Positions 60,520 through 64,000 of a stretch of DNA of 64,000 nt are shown here, piece by piece. The translations under genes were made by a program, and so were the position numbers. The first letter of the stretch is position 1. Each line of letters starts with the position of its first letter. The notes beneath the pieces are model-generated. The model was not told the origin of the DNA. It ran no database searches and saw only the letters and a program-made list of their open reading frames with translations. The stretch lies in sequence record ON631220.1; one strand, 5' to 3'.

Positions 60520-61332
60520 TTAACGCATGAAGCCAGGGCGTCTATGTTTAACTGGTGAAATATCCCAGCCAAGACTTTTTGCTAGATCCGTCACGTTGGT
60601 GATGTCAGAACATTCAAAACCCATGTTAATTTGACGTTCACGTTCACGCTGTACCTGATATAGAGTATCAGGCGTGATAACCATTAATTGATCTTCATAG
60701 TTCTCTAATGCAGGTGAATTCCATTTATTAGCACCGTAAATACCACCTTCCCCAACCATATCCCAAGTTGAAATCTCACGGGTATATTTAATACCTCGCA
60801 TAGGATCATCTTGGGTTATTGACCTTACTGAGCAATAAGTATTCTGAGAAGGATTGGTAATAGATGCTTCGAAGTACTTACCAAAAGGACCGTATGGTTT
60901 GCATTTGCCAAGTACTAGTTTAATAGGAAGACCTTTCTCATCTGTAGAATCAACCAGAATAAGTTCCTTAATATGCGCACACACACGATCATCATCGATT
61001 TGACGAATGCGCATTAGGTACTCGTGTTCATTCATCCGTGTGCCATCTTTACGATAGGGTTCAGGGTGTTTGTATTCCATGAATAGAACACCCTTTTTAA
61101 CACGACGCATTAAAGGTGAGTCTGGATTAAACATAGATACGCCGGATGCCATTTCATAGAACATACCAGCTGAATTTCGGGTACCATAAGCTCCTAGTGG
61201 AGTTAGATAGTAACCATCCGCATCAGGCACTAATACACCTTTTTTATTAGTACCAGCTAACATATCACTGCCGATAACTACTTGGTTATTAGTACGCTGT
61301 TGCAAACCAGAAAAATTAGAATATGGTTGCAT
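60520..61332 (-). CDS. Prohead maturation protease (phiKZ gp175)
   Basis: 270 aa; EYKHP, SVRS and STWD motifs typical of prohead serine proteases; C-terminal ALE/GFE sites; AGGAG SD. Confidence 0.92.
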   Translation of the reverse strand: MQPYSNFSGLQQRTNNQVVIGSDMLAGTNKKGVLVPDADGYYLTPLGAYGTRNSAGMFYEMASGVSMFNPDSPLMRRVKKGVLFMEYKHPEPYRKDGTRMNEHEYLMRIRQIDDDRVCAHIKELILVDSTDEKGLPIKLVLGKCKPYGPFGKYFEASITNPSQNTYCSVRSITQDDPMRGIKYTREISTWDMVGEGGIYGANKWNSPALENYEDQLMVITPDTLYQVQRERERQINMGFECSDITNVTDLAKSLGWDISPVKHRRPGFMR

Positions 61333-61343
61333 AACGCAACTCC

Positions 61344-62072
61344 TTAGGTCCTGAGGAGTTCTTCAATAAGCTCTACTGACTCAGATGGGTTAACAAGTGC
61401 TGATGTGATAGCTTGATCAAAATAAGCCCCATTGAGTTTTGATGTTGTGTCTGAAGTATTCCAGATAACTGAACGGAATGGTACGTCGACTGGTGGATTA
61501 TCCACGATATCACTGTGTCTAGTTAGCACATGTCGATATAGTTGTGACATATCATCCGAGGCACGCTGAGTGGTTGAAATAATAAGTTGTAATGTAGGCC
61601 ATCCACCAAGATTAACACCAGCGTGTAAATTAGCTGTCTCAAATAATTTGGCTTTGTCATAATAGTTAATATACCAAGGGAAGTTTCCTTTGTTAATTAA
61701 CTCATCATAAACATAGTAAGTTAATGTATCATTAACAACTAAGTAAGTATTCTGGAAAATCTTACTGCCTTTATCAAAATGAAACTCTAGATAAACTTCA
61801 CCATTGATGTGGACGCGTTCAGTGGAGACTGGATTTATCCGCATCATTGCAATGGTATTATTCACTGCGTAATATTCATCATTAAAAATAATAGGAAATA
61901 TACCAATAGTAAATACTTCACTGCCAATAACAGCTAGATGTCTTCCTGTAAATCTTTCTGGAATCTGTATTTTACATGGGGCATTAGTTACTACTGAATT
62001 ATCTTCTAAATCAGTTAGATGACTGTGGACCCGTTCTGGATCCCGTCGAAGAGAACGTACGTCCATTATCAT
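61344..62072 (-). CDS. Virion protein gp176-like (reported as a candidate fifth virion RNAP subunit in relatives)
   Basis: 242 aa; identified by position, function from recall only. Confidence 0.65.
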   Translation of the reverse strand: MIMDVRSLRRDPERVHSHLTDLEDNSVVTNAPCKIQIPERFTGRHLAVIGSEVFTIGIFPIIFNDEYYAVNNTIAMMRINPVSTERVHINGEVYLEFHFDKGSKIFQNTYLVVNDTLTYYVYDELINKGNFPWYINYYDKAKLFETANLHAGVNLGGWPTLQLIISTTQRASDDMSQLYRHVLTRHSDIVDNPPVDVPFRSVIWNTSDTTSKLNGAYFDQAITSALVNPSESVELIEELLRT

Positions 62073-62149
62073 GTCCTAATTGTTCATTTATGTAAAGTTT
62101 AAAATACTTAATCAAAATCATGCACCTTTAAATATTCGCTGTATTACTC

Positions 62150-62180
62150 CGGTATCCTTCCAAATACCGGAGTTTATCAT
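62150..62180 (-). terminator. Stem-loop after gp177
   Basis: ACTCCGGTAT...ATACCGGAGT inverted repeat. Confidence 0.6.
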
Positions 62181-62219
62181 CGATTGCATGTTTTAATGAT
62201 TATTAACCATTAAGATAAT

Positions 62220-63779
62220 TTAATTGGAAACTTCTTCTTCGATTTCAACATCATCTAAAGTTTCAGTGTCATCATCTTCTACAGTTTCAATAACTTCTTT
62301 TACTGGCAGTTTCGCATATGGATCAACAACGCCAGTGAACCGCTCAACTTTAATCTGTTGAGATAGCCATGCTGCCATTAGCGAAATTAGTGATTGTGTA
62401 TTGAGTTCACGTAGAGTGGCCTCAGGATACATTTGACTAAATTCATCAATGGCTAACAGATATTGCCAGTAAACATTTTCTGTAAAGAATGTTTTACAGA
62501 TAAGTTTACCAAAGGTAATGTAAGGATTCTTAAGATCCTCAGTCGTCATCGTACTCATTGCTTCTTTAATACGATATTCGAGTTCATTAACATGACGATC
62601 TTTAAGTTCAGTATTAATAACGCCATCCATAAATGATTCATGGATGTCATTGCGTAGTTTACGTAAACCTTTATCCATAGCTGACTGTTTAATCAGCGGA
62701 TATACCGATAGCCAACGTTGAATAAACTGTTCTGAGTTATTAAGAATCTGCTCTAGGTAGATGTTATTACTACCTGCTACAGCTGCACCAAGGATAGCTT
62801 GGATGTCACCACCTGCTAATTCAAATTGAGGTGCAACATCACCATTAATGATTACTTTGCAACGAGAATTAGCAACTACATTATTAGCTTCTGAAGCTAG
62901 GATGAGTAGACCTGCATCGCGATCAGCTTGACGACGTTCATAAGCACGCTTGAGATAGAATCCAAACATCTCATGTAGTTTACGGATAGTTAGTGACCAT
63001 GTTTCTAGGTCAACATCACTCTCGCCAATAACTTCAACCGGATTATCGATGTAGTGACCGCAAATCATGTAAGCCAGAGCTAGTGAATCAACAGTGAATG
63101 GGAAGGATCTACCCACAACATATTCAAGTTCACCTGGAATGAGAAGACGACCATCATTGAAGATAGAATTCCATACACCTTCAATAACAGCAGCGCTATT
63201 AGGAATAGATAGTAGCCATTCTTCAACTTCAGTTTGATCTAGATGCGGATTACCCATTGATACTAACCGAATAATTTCATTAGCATCGATTGATTCTAGA
63301 ATAAAGGTACGATACTCAGGTAACGGCTGTAAATTATTGTATCGTGTACTAACGTGTGCAGTTAGGCGGGGATCACTGTGAACTGCATTATAGTGGTAGA
63401 ATGTAGCGCTTACATCTGGTTGACAACTAATGCTTTGACGCTCATTAAAGACACGTACCATATATTCAATTGCAGGGCAAATAACATTCTGCGTATTGAA
63501 TTGGATCTTTTGTAATGATGAGCAGACATGTGCAATCAGAGCTTCTTGCTCTTCTTCTACACTAACAGGTTGCTCTTGGTTAGCTTCCTCGAAGAACTCT
63601 TCTACAGATGCTTCCAGTTCTTCAGAGAGGGCAACTTTATTAGAGTTGCCATCTACACTGAAACCATCTGCAAAGACCGCAAGGGGATATGTTTCATTAG
63701 GGATAACTAGAACAAGGTTATCCTCAGTTAGACTACGTGCTGAGCCAACAATCGCAGCTTGGGTTTCTTTACAGAACAT
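62220..63779 (-). CDS. Virion head protein (gp177-like)
   Basis: 519 aa with an AGGAG SD; acidic ends and S/A-X-E sites. Confidence 0.82.
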   Translation of the reverse strand: MFCKETQAAIVGSARSLTEDNLVLVIPNETYPLAVFADGFSVDGNSNKVALSEELEASVEEFFEEANQEQPVSVEEEQEALIAHVCSSLQKIQFNTQNVICPAIEYMVRVFNERQSISCQPDVSATFYHYNAVHSDPRLTAHVSTRYNNLQPLPEYRTFILESIDANEIIRLVSMGNPHLDQTEVEEWLLSIPNSAAVIEGVWNSIFNDGRLLIPGELEYVVGRSFPFTVDSLALAYMICGHYIDNPVEVIGESDVDLETWSLTIRKLHEMFGFYLKRAYERRQADRDAGLLILASEANNVVANSRCKVIINGDVAPQFELAGGDIQAILGAAVAGSNNIYLEQILNNSEQFIQRWLSVYPLIKQSAMDKGLRKLRNDIHESFMDGVINTELKDRHVNELEYRIKEAMSTMTTEDLKNPYITFGKLICKTFFTENVYWQYLLAIDEFSQMYPEATLRELNTQSLISLMAAWLSQQIKVERFTGVVDPYAKLPVKEVIETVEDDDTETLDDVEIEEEVSN

Positions 63780-63790
63780 TTTAACACTCC

Positions 63791-63988
63791 TTAGATATTG
63801 AGGTTCTTCATTAAGCGAGCGTTTAAAGCTGCTGCAATATCAGCCTCAGTTAAAAACTCCCCATTCAGAGATGGGGAGCTGGTGGTGCCACCAAGCGATT
63901 GTAGAATTGCTTGAGTACCTAGTTTAACAGCAGCATGAAGAACAGCAATGTTCTGACCATGTGCTACATTATTACTTAGCTTTTGCAT
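63791..63988 (-). CDS. Small hypothetical/virion protein
   Basis: 65 aa with a GAGGA SD at the window edge; co-directional with gp177. Confidence 0.7.
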   Translation of the reverse strand: MQKLSNNVAHGQNIAVLHAAVKLGTQAILQSLGGTTSSPSLNGEFLTEADIAAALNARLMKNLNI

Positions 63989-64000
63989 TAGTGTTTCCTC

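Overview
This window is the late/structural and DNA-metabolism region of a phiKZ-like Pseudomonas jumbo phage (Phikzvirus). Gene order and the recognisable proteins match what I recall of phiKZ gp119-gp177; no database search was run, and gp numbers for the hypothetical genes are positional. Recognisable genes include the major capsid protein (gp120), non-virion and virion RNAP beta-like fragments (gp123, gp149), portal (gp129), baseplate/fibre paralogues (gp131-135), RuvC, spanins, endolysin (gp144), collagen-like fibres (gp145/146), UvsX/RecA, RNase H, inner-head proteins (gp162/163), PAAR plus central spike, SbcC and the prohead protease (gp175). I saw no tRNA, rRNA, CRISPR array, intron or intein. 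Most notable observations: (1) an in-frame 26-codon extension behind the capsid gene's TGA stop that carries RYLE(N/D)G repeats also found at the C-terminus of gp143, suggesting stop-codon readthrough and a shared docking peptide; (2) a second spanin-like membrane protein/lipoprotein pair; (3) a +1 frameshift in gp163 that detaches only its propeptide; (4) a hairpin family whose loop type tracks junction orientation; (5) tandem 2OG-Fe(II) oxygenase-like genes in the fibre operon; (6) a 58-aa ORF missed by the ORF track.
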